From: Hyphomicrobiales bacterium
GTDB taxonomy: Bacteria; Pseudomonadota; Alphaproteobacteria; Parvibaculales; Parvibaculaceae
Direction of reading: 5' to 3'
DNA: 64,000 nt
Assembly: GCA_016124805.1 (NCBI GenBank)
Contig: WGND01000002.1
Span: 16,594 to 80,593, forward strand
Part shown: positions 18,720 through 30,419 of the stretch, one piece after another
Layout: each line of letters starts with the position of its first letter
Position numbering within the stretch: position 1 is the first letter of the stretch
Made by a program: the position numbers and the translations under genes
The notes under the pieces: model-generated
Seen by the model: the letters and a program-made list of their open reading frames with translations, nothing else
What the model was told of the DNA's origin: nothing
The model's database searches: none

Positions 18720-20249
18720 TTAAAGCAGGCTTCCCTGCACGGGCTTTGCTCGGGAGGGCGCGGGCTTTTCGGCTTTTTTGACCGCTGTCTTTCCCGCCTC
18801 GCCTTTTACCAGCGCCTCCACCCGCTCCTCGCGGGCAAATTCGATATTCAGCGCATCACCGGGTTTGAGCCCCTTTGTGCCCGTCACCGGCTCGCCCTGC
18901 TCATCGCGCACCACAGCATAACCGCGCGCCAGCACCTTGCGGTAATCATAGGCGTCCAGCATTTTGCCTGCTGTTTCAACGCGCCGCCCCAGCGTCTCCA
19001 GATGACGCTGTTCGGCCCGCAAGCCGCGTGTGAGCAGCGGCGCCAGCGCCAGACGTTCTTCGCGGATCTGGCGCTTGATCGGCTGTTCGCTCAGGCGACC
19101 GGCGACTTTGACAATGGCATTGCGCTTGACCTGCGTTGCGCCGGAAAGCGCATGGGCAAAGCGCTGTGCAAGCGCTTCATATTGCTGGCGCCTGGTCTGG
19201 GTCGTTTGCCGGAGCCCGCGCGGCAGCAGGTCGGCTGCCTGATCCAGCCGCTGGCGTGGCAGCGCGATAATGTCCTGCAGACGCGGCAGGCCGCGCGTCA
19301 GGCCGCGCAGATCGGTGCGCGCATTTTCAAGCCGACGGGTGAGGCTTCGCATCAGGCGCTGGCCCGCATCCCCCACCGTCAGCAGAAGTTCGCTGCGCAC
19401 GGGCACGGCTATCTCCGCCGCGGCGGTTGGCGTGGGTGCCCGGCGATCAGAAGCATAGTCAATCAGCGTCGTGTCGGTTTCGTGCCCCACCGCCGAGATC
19501 AGCGGAATGGCGCTCTCGGCGGCGGCGCGCACCACAATCTCCTCATTGAAAGACCAGAGGTCTTCAATGGACCCACCGCCACGGGCAACAATCAGCAGCT
19601 CGGGGCGTGGCACCTTGCCGCCCACAGGAAGCGCATTGAAACCGTTGATGGCCGCGGCCACTTCTGCCGCCGAGGTTTCGCCCTGAACACGTACCGGCCA
19701 GACCAGCACATGGCGCGGGAAGCGATCCTGCAGGCGGTGGAGAATATCGCGGATGACGGCACCGGTCGGGCTTGTCACCACACCGATCACGGCGGGCAGG
19801 AAAGGCAAGGGCTGTTTGCGCCCGGCCTCAAAAAGACCTTCGGCCTGCAGCTTTTTCTTGCGCTCTTCCAGAAGCGCCATCAGCGCACCGACACCGGCGG
19901 GCTCCAGCTGCTCAATAACCACCTGATATTTGGAGCTGCCCGGATAGGTTGTCAGCTTGCCCGTCGCAATGACTTCGAGCCCTTCTTCGGGCTTAAAGCG
20001 CAAACGACCGAAGACCCCCTTCCAGATGACGGCTTCAAGGCGCGCGCCTTCGTCCTTCAGGGCGAAATAGGCATGACCGGAGGAATGCGGCCCGCGATAG
20101 CCTGTGATCTCGCCGCGCACGCGCACATGGCCAAATGTGTCCTCGACCGTGCGCTTGAGCGCGAAGGAGAGCTCACTGACCGAAAATTCATGGGCATTGC
20201 CGGGCGATGTCGCGCCCGCTGCTGCAGCGGATTTTGACCGTTCAGGCAT
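18720..20249 (-). CDS. xseA: Exodeoxyribonuclease VII large subunit
   Basis: 509 aa with an OB-fold N-terminus ([26 protein letters not shown]), [11 protein letters not shown] and RGGGS.EDLW.FN motifs. Confidence 0.9.
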   Translation of the reverse strand: MPERSKSAAAAGATSPGNAHEFSVSELSFALKRTVEDTFGHVRVRGEITGYRGPHSSGHAYFALKDEGARLEAVIWKGVFGRLRFKPEEGLEVIATGKLTTYPGSSKYQVVIEQLEPAGVGALMALLEERKKKLQAEGLFEAGRKQPLPFLPAVIGVVTSPTGAVIRDILHRLQDRFPRHVLVWPVRVQGETSAAEVAAAINGFNALPVGGKVPRPELLIVARGGGSIEDLWSFNEEIVVRAAAESAIPLISAVGHETDTTLIDYASDRRAPTPTAAAEIAVPVRSELLLTVGDAGQRLMRSLTRRLENARTDLRGLTRGLPRLQDIIALPRQRLDQAADLLPRGLRQTTQTRRQQYEALAQRFAHALSGATQVKRNAIVKVAGRLSEQPIKRQIREERLALAPLLTRGLRAEQRHLETLGRRVETAGKMLDAYDYRKVLARGYAVVRDEQGEPVTGTKGLKPGDALNIEFAREERVEALVKGEAGKTAVKKAEKPAPSRAKPVQGSLL

Positions 20250-20391
20250 GAAAAACAGGGTCTCCCTAGGGCAATCAGGACCGCAAAAGGGTGCGGTTTG
20301 CCGGAATCGACCCCCATGCTACAAGAAAACGCCTTTCGGCTCTAACGCTTCGCGTCGGAGCCTATTTTGTACAATTCCGTGATGAGGCCCC

Positions 20392-21675
20392 ATGAATATT
20401 CTGGTCATCGGCTCCGGCGGGCGAGAGCACGCCCTCTGTTGGGCCATCTCAGCCAGCCCGCTTGCCGAAAAGCTCTATTGCGCACCCGGAAATGGCGGCA
20501 TTGCCGAGATTGCCGAATGCGTGCCGCTGAAGGGCACCGATGCCGACGCCATCATCGCCTTCTGCAAGAGTCATGATATCGGCTTTGTGGTGGTGGGGCC
20601 TGAAGACCCGCTGGTGAGCGGCCTTGTCGACCGGCTGGATGCAGAAGGCATCAAGTCTTTCGGCCCGCGCGCGGCGGCAGCCCAGCTCGAAGGCTCCAAG
20701 GGTTTTACCAAGGACCTCTGCGCCGAATTCAATATTCCGACAGCTGCCTATGGCCGTTTTGCCGATGCTGCCGCCGCCAAGGCCTATCTGAAAACACAGT
20801 CCGCCCCCATCGTGGTCAAGGCTGATGGTCTGGCCGCCGGCAAGGGCGTCATCATCGCGATGAGCATGGCCGAGGCCGAGGCTGCCATTGACGACATTCT
20901 GGGTGGTCGCTTTGGCGCGGCAGGTGCCGAGGTCGTCATTGAGGAATTCATGGAAGGCGAGGAAGCGAGTTTCTTTGCCTTGTGTGATGGCACCCATGCG
21001 CTGCCGCTTGCCACCGCACAGGATCACAAACGTGTCCATGATGGCGATCAGGGCCCCAATACGGGCGGGATGGGTGCCTATTCGCCCGCGCCTGTGATGA
21101 CACCCGCCGTCTGCGAGCGCGTAATGCGCGAAATCATCGAGCCGACCGTCGCCGCCCTTGCAACGCGCGGCACGCCTTTCACCGGCGTGCTTTTTGCCGG
21201 CCTCATGATCACCAAGGATGGCCCCAAGCTCATTGAATATAATGCCCGCTTCGGGGACCCTGAAACGCAGGTGCTCATGATGCGGCTCAGTTCCGACATT
21301 CTGCCTGCCCTGATTGCCACACATGAAGGCACGCTGGATCGCATCTCCCTTGCCTGGAGCCATGAAGCCGCCCTGACCGTGGTGATGGCAACGCAGGGCT
21401 ATCCGGGCGATTACCCCAAAGGGACCGAAATCAAGGGTGTCACCGCCGCGCGCGCCGTGCCGCATGTGCAGGTTTTTCATGCCGGCACCATCAAGGAGGG
21501 CGAAAAGCTGCTTTCCAATGGCGGGCGGGTATTAAACATAACCGCGAAAGGGGGCAGCGTCGCCGAAGCGCAGGCCCGTGCCTATGAGGCCGTTTCCAAG
21601 ATCGACTGGCCCAAAGGCTTCTGCCGGAGCGATATCGGCTACCGCGCCGTTGCACGCGAGCAGCAAGAGACATAA
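20392..21675 (+). CDS. purD: Phosphoribosylamine--glycine ligase
   Basis: [17 protein letters not shown]..., the ATP-grasp layout, and [10 protein letters not shown] / GGRVL motifs. Confidence 0.95.
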   Translation: MNILVIGSGGREHALCWAISASPLAEKLYCAPGNGGIAEIAECVPLKGTDADAIIAFCKSHDIGFVVVGPEDPLVSGLVDRLDAEGIKSFGPRAAAAQLEGSKGFTKDLCAEFNIPTAAYGRFADAAAAKAYLKTQSAPIVVKADGLAAGKGVIIAMSMAEAEAAIDDILGGRFGAAGAEVVIEEFMEGEEASFFALCDGTHALPLATAQDHKRVHDGDQGPNTGGMGAYSPAPVMTPAVCERVMREIIEPTVAALATRGTPFTGVLFAGLMITKDGPKLIEYNARFGDPETQVLMMRLSSDILPALIATHEGTLDRISLAWSHEAALTVVMATQGYPGDYPKGTEIKGVTAARAVPHVQVFHAGTIKEGEKLLSNGGRVLNITAKGGSVAEAQARAYEAVSKIDWPKGFCRSDIGYRAVAREQQET

Positions 21676-21707
21676 AACCAGTATCAAAGAAAATGGGGAG
21701 ATGCTGA

Positions 21708-22799
21708 ATGACTGCCGAGACAGAAGACAGACAGGAAATGTTTTCGGGAACCAAGGAGGTTGCCGATACGCATAAGTTCGACGAGGCCAAGCTGGCCGCC
21801 TATATGGAATCCCATGTGGACGGCTACAAGGGCCCGCTGGAAGTCCGCCAGTTCAAAGGCGGTCAGTCCAACCCGACCTATCAGCTCATCACGCCTGGCC
21901 ACCGCTATGTGATGCGCCGCAAGCCGCCGGGCAAGCTGCTGCCCTCCGCCCACGCCGTTGACCGCGAATACAAGGTCATCACGGCACTTGGCAAAGTCAA
22001 TTTTCCGGTGCCGCGCACCTATTGTCTGTGTGAGGATGAAAGCATCACCGGCACCATGTTCTACATCATGGACATGATGGAGGGGCGCATTCTCTGGGAC
22101 CCGCTGCTGCCCGGCCTTGACCCTGCAACGCGCGGCAAGATGTATGAGTCACTCTGCGATGTGATGGCCCGCCTGCATATGGTCGATTATGAAGCCATTG
22201 GCCTCGGCGATTTCGGCAAGCCCGGCAATTATTTCGAGCGCCAGATTTCGCGCTGGTCCAAGCAGTATATCGCCTCCCAGACGGAAACCATTCCCGAAAT
22301 GGACAAGCTGATGGAATGGCTGCCGGCCAATGTGCCGACCTACAGTTCCACCAGCATCGTGCATGGCGACTACCGCATGGACAACACGGTGTTGCACCCG
22401 ACGGAGCCGCGTGTCATTGCCGTGCTTGACTGGGAGCTTTCCACGCTTGGCCACCCGCTGGGCGACTTCACCTACAGCATGCTGCAATGGGTGATGCCGG
22501 ATCTGGGCACGGGCGCAGGCGTTGCCTCCTTTGCCAATTCCGATCTCAAGGCGCTGGGCATTCCCTCGCTGGAGGATTACATCAAGATGTATTGCGAGCG
22601 CACGAACCGCTCAGGGATCGACAATCTCGATTTCTATTTCTCGTTCAACTTCTTCAAGCTTGCCGGCATTCTGCAGGGCATTGTCGGCCGTGTTCGCGAT
22701 GGCACGGCCTCAAGCGCCCATGCCGAACAGCAGGCCGCCCGTGTGCGGCCGCTGGCGGAAGCGGCCTGGAAACACGCCCTGAAAGCTGGCGCGAAATAA
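21708..22799 (+). CDS. Phosphotransferase (APH/ACAD10-N-terminal-like kinase) family protein
   Basis: FKGGQSNPTY, IVHGDYRMDN and LDWELS motifs of the aminoglycoside-phosphotransferase-like fold. Confidence 0.8.
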   Translation: MTAETEDRQEMFSGTKEVADTHKFDEAKLAAYMESHVDGYKGPLEVRQFKGGQSNPTYQLITPGHRYVMRRKPPGKLLPSAHAVDREYKVITALGKVNFPVPRTYCLCEDESITGTMFYIMDMMEGRILWDPLLPGLDPATRGKMYESLCDVMARLHMVDYEAIGLGDFGKPGNYFERQISRWSKQYIASQTETIPEMDKLMEWLPANVPTYSSTSIVHGDYRMDNTVLHPTEPRVIAVLDWELSTLGHPLGDFTYSMLQWVMPDLGTGAGVASFANSDLKALGIPSLEDYIKMYCERTNRSGIDNLDFYFSFNFFKLAGILQGIVGRVRDGTASSAHAEQQAARVRPLAEAAWKHALKAGAK

Positions 22800-22807
22800 A
22801 CGGACTT

Positions 22808-22838
22808 CCGGCAGGGGCGTGACACAGGTCCCTGCCGG
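22808..22838. terminator. 9-bp perfect hairpin between convergent genes (likely a shared or bidirectional terminator)
   Basis: CCGGCAGGG-N13-CCCTGCCGG. A moderately T-rich tail follows on the - strand (AAGTCCGTTTATTT), and only a weak tail on the + strand. Confidence 0.45.
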
Positions 22839-22851
22839 GCCTTCCCTCGCT

Positions 22852-24006
22852 TTAATAGAGAAACATCGGCATGCCCTTGACCTGCGCAATGCGCGGACGA
22901 TAGGCGCTCGTGTCGTAAAAAGCCTCCACATCTACACGCTTGCGCCCCGTCACACAGGTATCTGCCGGCACGGTGGTGTAATTGCCATCCTGTACCGCCG
23001 TCATGAAGCCTGTGCGGCCTTCAGCAATTTCCTGCACGGCCAATGTGCCAAAGCCCTTGGCCACCATCTGGTCAAGCGCATCGGGGGCACCTGCCCGCAT
23101 GAGATAGCCCAGCTGCTGCGTGATCGTGTCCACGCCGGTCAGACGGGTGAGCTCGCCGCCCACCATCTGCCCGATACCACCGAGACGTCGCCGTCCATAA
23201 TCATCCATTTCGCCATGGGTGATGATGGTGCCCCCTTCCATCTTGGCACCTTCGGAAATCACCAGCATGGCGTAGCGGGCCGGATTATCCATCCTGTCAG
23301 CCGCGATCAGTTCGGCGAGATGTTCAATATCGAAAGGCACCTCGGCAATCAGCGCGCGATCCACATCGGCAAGATAACTTGCCACCAGCGCGGTTTCCCC
23401 GGAATGGCGGCCGAAAAGTTCCACCACGGCGATGCGTTCATGGCTGCCCGTTGAGGTACGCAGCCCGTTGATGTAATCGACGGAGCGCGTGACGGCTGTT
23501 GAAAAGCCGATGCAATAATCCGTACCGAAAACGTCATTGTCCATCGTCTTGGGAATGGCGACCAGCTTCACACCCTGGCGATGCAGATGGGCGCTGAAAC
23601 TGAGCGTGCCATCCCCGCCAATCGTCACCATGACGTCAATGCCCAGATGCTCAAGCACGCGCGTGATATGGGGCGTGCAATCAATCGACCCGTCGGCGGA
23701 AGGCGCAAAGCGGCCTTTGAGAAACTCGGGGAGGCTCTCTTCCTTCATGCTCTGCGGGTTGGTGCGTGATGTGTGAAGCACCGTGCCGCCCGTTCGATCA
23801 ATCGTGCGGACAGCTTCTGAATCAAGCCGCATCAGATATTGTTCATTGCCCTCAGGCTCATCCGGATTGATGTTCAAGGGACCGGCCCAGCCCCGCCGGA
23901 AGCCGATCACCTCCCAGCCGCGCTCGACGGCGCGGCGCGTGACAGCCTTGATGCAGGGGTTGAGACCCGGCACATCGCCGCCGCCTGTCAGAATGCCTAT
24001 CCGCAT
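22852..24006 (-). CDS. 6-phosphofructokinase (ATP- or PPi-dependent; specificity not decidable here)
   Basis: [22 protein letters not shown] and PKTMDND motifs. The start is trimmed to the ATG at 24006. Confidence 0.9.
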   Translation of the reverse strand: MRIGILTGGGDVPGLNPCIKAVTRRAVERGWEVIGFRRGWAGPLNINPDEPEGNEQYLMRLDSEAVRTIDRTGGTVLHTSRTNPQSMKEESLPEFLKGRFAPSADGSIDCTPHITRVLEHLGIDVMVTIGGDGTLSFSAHLHRQGVKLVAIPKTMDNDVFGTDYCIGFSTAVTRSVDYINGLRTSTGSHERIAVVELFGRHSGETALVASYLADVDRALIAEVPFDIEHLAELIAADRMDNPARYAMLVISEGAKMEGGTIITHGEMDDYGRRRLGGIGQMVGGELTRLTGVDTITQQLGYLMRAGAPDALDQMVAKGFGTLAVQEIAEGRTGFMTAVQDGNYTTVPADTCVTGRKRVDVEAFYDTSAYRPRIAQVKGMPMFLY

Positions 24007-24131
24007 GTCGCTCTCCGGCCTCGTGCAATTATGTCTCACGGCATCCTAACAGGATGCTGCACATGAGATACAGAAGCCGGGGCGGCCCATTTCTGGTGGC
24101 TGGGCGCATGAACGCGCCTTCCACCCTGGCG

Positions 24132-25286
24132 TCAGGCGCTGCGACCGCGCGCCTCAATCGGCCAGATGTCGACCAGCATATCGCCGCGCACCACATGATA
24201 GGCGTCGTAGAGATTGACGGTCGGATCGCAATGCGGGGTCATGGCGCTGAGCACCGCCCCCAGCGGCAGGGACTGCCCCTCCGGCAGCAGCACGCCGCCC
24301 TGCTCATCGCCAAAGAAGAAATAGCCGGCCCCTTCCGGCGCGCCGCTGGTCAGCACGGGTGGCGCGGCATCTGTTGAGAAGGCCTTGAAGCCTGCATCGG
24401 TGGTGACGAGGTTTTTCGTATTATTCGAAATCACACTCATCTGTACAAAGAGCGATGTCTCAAACGGAATGGGCGCGCCATTAGCCATGGGCACATCATT
24501 ATATTGCTTGTCCATGAAGATGTAGGAACCGCCCTGAATTTCGGTCAGCACATTGGCTTCATGGTCGATATTGAAACTGCCGGTACCGCCACCCGTGATG
24601 ATGTCGGTGCAGAGACCTGCCGCCTTGAAGGCGTCACGTGTTTCACCGAGCAGCTTCATGGCGGCGAGAGATTTTGTGCGCCGTTCGGCGAAGTCCTCAA
24701 TATGCATGACCTGTCCGGCATAGCTCTGGATGCCGCGCAGGATGAGCCCCTCGGAGGCCGCCACAAGCTTGCCGACCGTCAGCACCGGTTCGCCGGCATG
24801 GGCGCCTGTGCGGTGGAGCCCCGGATCCAGATCAACCAGCACCTTGAGCTTCTTGCCGCTGGCGCGGGCAGCGGCATCGAGCACCTGCACATTTTCAGGG
24901 TTATCCACCACGACCATGAGGTCGGGCATCGCCTCATTGAGCGCGATCAGCCGAACGATGCCCTGCGCGGTGACAACCGGCGAGGTGATCAGCACGCTTG
25001 GAATGCCGCCCTGCCCCATCACTTCAGCCTCGCCAAGCTTGGCGCAGCAAACGCCCAGCGCTCCGGCTGCGATCTGGGCTTTGGCAATGGTCAGGCATTT
25101 ATGGGTTTTGGCATGCGGGCGCAGGCCGATCCCATGATGGGCCACATAGGTCATCATGGCGTCGATATTGCGCTCGAAAATGTCGAGATCCAGCACCAGC
25201 GCCGGCGTGGCGATCATCGTCCGGCTCCTGGCCCGGCCGATTTTCTGGCGGTTGCTTTCCAGGGCGGGTGCGGTGGCAAGGCTCAT
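24132..25286 (-). CDS. DSD1-family PLP-dependent enzyme (D-serine deaminase / D-threonine aldolase-like, alanine racemase N-terminal fold)
   Basis: TPALVLDLD.FERNI, LRPHAKTHKC (PLP lysine) and a C-terminal CDPTVNLYD motif. The ATG at 25286 is preferred because it follows GAAGGAG. An alternative ATG is at 25310. Confidence 0.8.
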   Translation of the reverse strand: MSLATAPALESNRQKIGRARSRTMIATPALVLDLDIFERNIDAMMTYVAHHGIGLRPHAKTHKCLTIAKAQIAAGALGVCCAKLGEAEVMGQGGIPSVLITSPVVTAQGIVRLIALNEAMPDLMVVVDNPENVQVLDAAARASGKKLKVLVDLDPGLHRTGAHAGEPVLTVGKLVAASEGLILRGIQSYAGQVMHIEDFAERRTKSLAAMKLLGETRDAFKAAGLCTDIITGGGTGSFNIDHEANVLTEIQGGSYIFMDKQYNDVPMANGAPIPFETSLFVQMSVISNNTKNLVTTDAGFKAFSTDAAPPVLTSGAPEGAGYFFFGDEQGGVLLPEGQSLPLGAVLSAMTPHCDPTVNLYDAYHVVRGDMLVDIWPIEARGRSA

Positions 25287-25415
25287 GGGACGGGCTCCTT
25301 CGGATGCCATATTTTCGATTTTTCCTTGGGAACATGCCTAACCCATCAGAGGCGGGCGGGAAAGAGCGGCATCGAGCGGCGGTGACAGGCCAGATAATGT
25401 GGTGTAATCAAATAT

Positions 25416-25444
25416 GTCGATTCCGCCAGCTGTTGGAATTCGAC
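25416..25444. promoter_or_regulatory. Imperfect inverted repeat GTCGATTCC-N10-GGAATTCGAC upstream of the TetR gene (candidate operator)
   Basis: Read from the sequence, with one indel between the arms. It lies about 30 nt upstream of the TetR start at 25474. Confidence 0.3.
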
Positions 25445-25473
25445 GTTCTGCCATTGCCTGAGAAAGTTCGCCC

Positions 25474-26079
25474 GTGTCCGTGTCTAGTCTTGAAAAAAGC
25501 CGTTCCCAGGCTGGCGACAAGCAAGAGCTGATCATCAGCGCCGCTCTCGACCTGTTCCGTCATTATGGTTACCGCCGCACGGCGATGGAGGATATTGCGC
25601 GCGCGGCGGGCGTCGCCAAAGGCACGCTCTATCTCTATTTCCGCAGCAAGGAAGACCTTTTCGCCGCCCTAGTGCATTCGCTTGCCAGCCAGATCAAGAC
25701 CAATATCGACGAGGCCAAGGCGCTTGATCTGCCGCTGGATGAGAAGCTGGTTGCCATTTTTGATGCCAAGCTCGGCTTTATCTATCGCTGGGTGCTCTCC
25801 AGCCCCCATGCCGCAGAACTCACCGCCTCGCATAATGCGCAGTCGAGCGATGCCTTTGACGGGGTCGATGTCATTTTCAAGGATGCGGTCTCGGAACTTC
25901 TCAAAAAAGGGGTTCAGGCCGGCGAAATTGACCTCGCCGCCGCCGGTCTCAACCTCGAGGCGGCCACCTCCCTTCTCTGCACGGCGGCCTATGGCGCCGA
26001 ACGCTCCGAAAATGACAAGGTCTTCCAGGCTAATCTCAAAGGCATTATCGGACTGGTCCTTCGCGGCCTGCGTCCATAA
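25474..26079 (+). CDS. TetR/AcrR-family transcriptional regulator
   Basis: The N-terminal HTH is II.AALDLF..YGY..T.MEDIA.AAGV.KGTLYLYF. It has a GTG start. Confidence 0.8.
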   Translation: MSVSSLEKSRSQAGDKQELIISAALDLFRHYGYRRTAMEDIARAAGVAKGTLYLYFRSKEDLFAALVHSLASQIKTNIDEAKALDLPLDEKLVAIFDAKLGFIYRWVLSSPHAAELTASHNAQSSDAFDGVDVIFKDAVSELLKKGVQAGEIDLAAAGLNLEAATSLLCTAAYGAERSENDKVFQANLKGIIGLVLRGLRP

Positions 26080-26127
26080 TTTACCGTAATATTTACGCCT
26101 GAATCCCTGTGATCCGCCCGACGATCC

Positions 26128-26157
26128 CTTGACAGACGCGCCGGAGGCTCCTATTTG
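26128..26157 (+). promoter_or_regulatory. groESL promoter candidate (CTTGACA-N17-CCTATTTG; fits both sigma70-like and alphaproteobacterial RpoH-like CTTG-N17-CCTATNT)
   Basis: TTGACA at 26129-26134, a 17-nt spacer, and TATTTG at 26152-26157. It lies immediately upstream of CIRCE. Confidence 0.5.
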
Positions 26158-26168
26158 TCCGGCAGGCT

Positions 26169-26195
26169 TTAGCACTCATCAGATGTAAGTGCTAA
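26169..26195 (+). promoter_or_regulatory. CIRCE operator (HrcA binding site)
   Basis: TTAGCACTC-N9-AAGTGCTAA compared with the consensus TTAGCACTC-N9-GAGTGCTAA gives one mismatch. It lies about 65 nt upstream of groES. Confidence 0.85.
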
Positions 26196-26258
26196 CAAGC
26201 CTTTGAACACCCCCAATGTTTCCCGCATTTGCGGCAAGGAAACCAGGAGAAGACAGAG

Positions 26259-26576
26259 ATGAAATTCCGTCCTCTGCATGATCGCGTCGTTGTTCGGCGC
26301 CTCGAGGAAGAAACCAAGACGGCCGGCGGGATCATCATCCCGGAAACGGCGCAGGAAAAGCCCTCACAGGGTGAAATCGTCGCTGCCGGTCCCGGCGCTC
26401 GCGGCGATGACGGCAAGATTGCCCCGCTCGACGTCAAGGTCGGCGACACGGTCATCTTCGGCAAATGGTCCGGCACTGAAGTCAAGATCGACGGTCAGGA
26501 TCTGCTGATCATGAAAGAGTCCGACATCATGGGCATCGTCGAAGGCAAGTCCAAGAAGAAGGCAGCTGCCGAGTAA
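26259..26576 (+). CDS. groES: Co-chaperonin GroES
   Basis: [26 protein letters not shown]. The start ATG at 26259 is preceded by AGGAGAAG. Confidence 0.95.
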   Translation: MKFRPLHDRVVVRRLEEETKTAGGIIIPETAQEKPSQGEIVAAGPGARGDDGKIAPLDVKVGDTVIFGKWSGTEVKIDGQDLLIMKESDIMGIVEGKSKKKAAAE

Positions 26577-26670
26577 GCTCGCAAAGAACAGCTTTGCGGG
26601 CCTTTTTCATGCCCGCACCGCATCGAGCTACCCCCACTCGGATAACAGTCATTCACAAGGAACATGATAG

Positions 26671-28326
<1,656 letters not shown>

Positions 28327-28355
28327 GTCCTGCATCCTGCGCTTTACGAATGGAA

Positions 28356-28386
28356 GGGTCGGTGGAAACACCGGCCCTTTTTCTTT
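28356..28386 (+). terminator. Rho-independent terminator of groESL
   Basis: GGGTCGGTG-GAAA-CACCGGCCC followed by TTTTTCTTTT. Confidence 0.8.
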
Positions 28387-28509
28387 TGCCTGACGTAGCG
28401 GAACCGAACAACCCGGCAAAGACCTGTTTGCAGCTGGCCATCGCCTGAGCGCTGCAAGCTGCTATATTGGGCAAAATAAATCGTCTATCGCGCTGCAGGG
28501 GAGTGAGAA

Positions 28510-29706
28510 ATGGATTTTTCTTTTTCGAGGGCGGATGAAGAATTCCGGATGATGGTTCGGGATTTTTTTGAAAATGACTATCCGCGCGAGATCATCGCCC
28601 TGCTTGAGCGCGGCGCCTCTCCCACGAAGGCAGACTATCAAACCTCTGAACGCGCCATGGCGGCCAAGGGATGGCTCGCTGTCAACTGGCCCAAGGCCGA
28701 TGGCGGCACAGGCTGGAGCGCCAACCAGAAATATATTTTCGATGAGGAGCTTGAGCGCGCGGGCGCGCTGAATGTGGTGCCCATGGGCCTGCTCTATGTC
28801 GGCCCGGTGATCTATACATTCGGCACCGAAGCGCAGAAGCAGAAATGGCTGCCCGGCATTCTCGACAGCACGACCTTCTGGGCGCAGGGCTATTCCGAAC
28901 CTGAGTCAGGCTCCGATCTTGCCTCGCTGCAATGTTCGGCGACACCGGATGGGGACGATTATATCGTCAATGGCACAAAAATATGGACAAGCCTCGGCCA
29001 GCATGCCGACTGGATTTTCTGCCTGCTGCGGACGGATAATTCCGGCAAGAAGCAGGAAGGCATCACCTTTCTCTGTATCGACATGAGCACGCCCGGCATC
29101 ACCGTCAATCCGATCATCACGATTGACGGCAAGCATACGCTGAACAGCATCACCTTTGAGAATGTGCGCGTACCGCAGGCCAATCGCATCGGTGAAGAAG
29201 GCAAGGGCTGGACCTATGCCAATTATCTGCTCGGCCATGAACGCACCTCCTATGCGCATGTTGCGGGCAAGCGAAAGCTCATCAGCAATATTCGCGTGAC
29301 GGCGCGGGCAACGAAAGTCGATGGCCGGCGGCTGATTGACGATCCGGCCTTCCAGCGAAAGCTGAGCGAACTGGATGTGCGATTGAATGCACTTGAAATC
29401 ACCGTGCTGCGCACGCTTGCCTCGGTGGCGGATGGCGGGGCACCAGGCAATGAATCATCCATCCTGAAAGTGATTGCAACGGAGCTGGCGCAAGACATCA
29501 CCGAAGTCGGCATGGAAGCCTTCGGCCTTTACGCCGCGCCCGCCTTTCCCGACTCCGTGGCGCCGGACTGGACGCGCAACATGCCGCTGCCCGCCAATGC
29601 CGCATCTTCTGTCGCGCATTATCTTGGCAATCGGGCCCAGTCCATCTATGGCGGCTCGAACGAAATCCAGAAAAACATCATCTCCAAGCATCTGCTCGGT
29701 CTTTGA
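28510..29706 (+). CDS. Acyl-CoA dehydrogenase family protein
   Basis: 398 aa with the ACAD layout, including GYSEPESGSDLASL, ..GTKIWTS.. and a C-terminal IYGG.NEIQ.NII motif. Confidence 0.9.
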   Translation: MDFSFSRADEEFRMMVRDFFENDYPREIIALLERGASPTKADYQTSERAMAAKGWLAVNWPKADGGTGWSANQKYIFDEELERAGALNVVPMGLLYVGPVIYTFGTEAQKQKWLPGILDSTTFWAQGYSEPESGSDLASLQCSATPDGDDYIVNGTKIWTSLGQHADWIFCLLRTDNSGKKQEGITFLCIDMSTPGITVNPIITIDGKHTLNSITFENVRVPQANRIGEEGKGWTYANYLLGHERTSYAHVAGKRKLISNIRVTARATKVDGRRLIDDPAFQRKLSELDVRLNALEITVLRTLASVADGGAPGNESSILKVIATELAQDITEVGMEAFGLYAAPAFPDSVAPDWTRNMPLPANAASSVAHYLGNRAQSIYGGSNEIQKNIISKHLLGL

Positions 29707-29708
29707 AC

Positions 29709-30329
29709 TCAGTCCTTCAATAACATTTCGATCTGGGCACGCAGAAGGCGGCGATATTCATCCATCAGGCGGTCGCCTTCCTTGCGCTCAACGGCAATGG
29801 CCATGCGCACGGCGGCCCCTGAGAGCTGCATCATCAGAAAGGCTGTGTCGGCAAAACGCGCCTGATGGCGCGGGCTGACAAGATGCCTGATCGCCTCAAA
29901 CAGGATTTCACCATTCCTGCGGCTGTCCTCAATGTCGAGTGACTGCAGCAGCTTGTCGGACTGCGTGCCCGACCAGATATCACGCACCACCGGCTCGTCG
30001 AGAAAGAGCTGATAGTAACCGGCCAGACTCGCGTCCAGCCGTTCAAGCGCGTCCTTGCGGGACTTGATCCCGACGAATGTTTCCTTCAGTCCTTCGCGTA
30101 CACGTTCCATCTGCCGGACAGCCAGCATGCGCAGGATCGCCGGCTTGTCCGGGAAATACTGATAGAGCGAGCCGATGGGCACTTGCGCGATCCCGGCAAT
30201 TTCCGACATGCGCACAGCGTCACTGCCGGTTTCGGATATGAGCTGCGTGGCGGCGGCCAGGATGCGTTCCACGCGCTCTTTGGCGCGGGCCTGTGTGGGA
30301 ATGCGGCGGGTATGGGTGTCTGTTTTCAT
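29709..30329 (-). CDS. TetR-family transcriptional regulator (divergent from the FMO-SDR pair)
   Basis: HTH is RILAAATQLISETGSDAVRMSEIAGIAQVPIGSLYQYF. The ATG at 30329 is preferred over the listed TTG at 30341. Confidence 0.8.
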   Translation of the reverse strand: MKTDTHTRRIPTQARAKERVERILAAATQLISETGSDAVRMSEIAGIAQVPIGSLYQYFPDKPAILRMLAVRQMERVREGLKETFVGIKSRKDALERLDASLAGYYQLFLDEPVVRDIWSGTQSDKLLQSLDIEDSRRNGEILFEAIRHLVSPRHQARFADTAFLMMQLSGAAVRMAIAVERKEGDRLMDEYRRLLRAQIEMLLKD

Positions 30330-30419
30330 GGTCGCTCTCAAAAAAGACTTGCCTCATCAAAAGGTGAGGGTTTATCATTTTCAATATATGAGGATTACTC
30401 ACTTATTGACAAGGATAAA

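Noticed and set aside
18666-20237. 523-aa ORF on the + strand
   Set aside because: It is antisense to xseA, which has clear OB-fold and catalytic motifs on the - strand. It is a shadow ORF.
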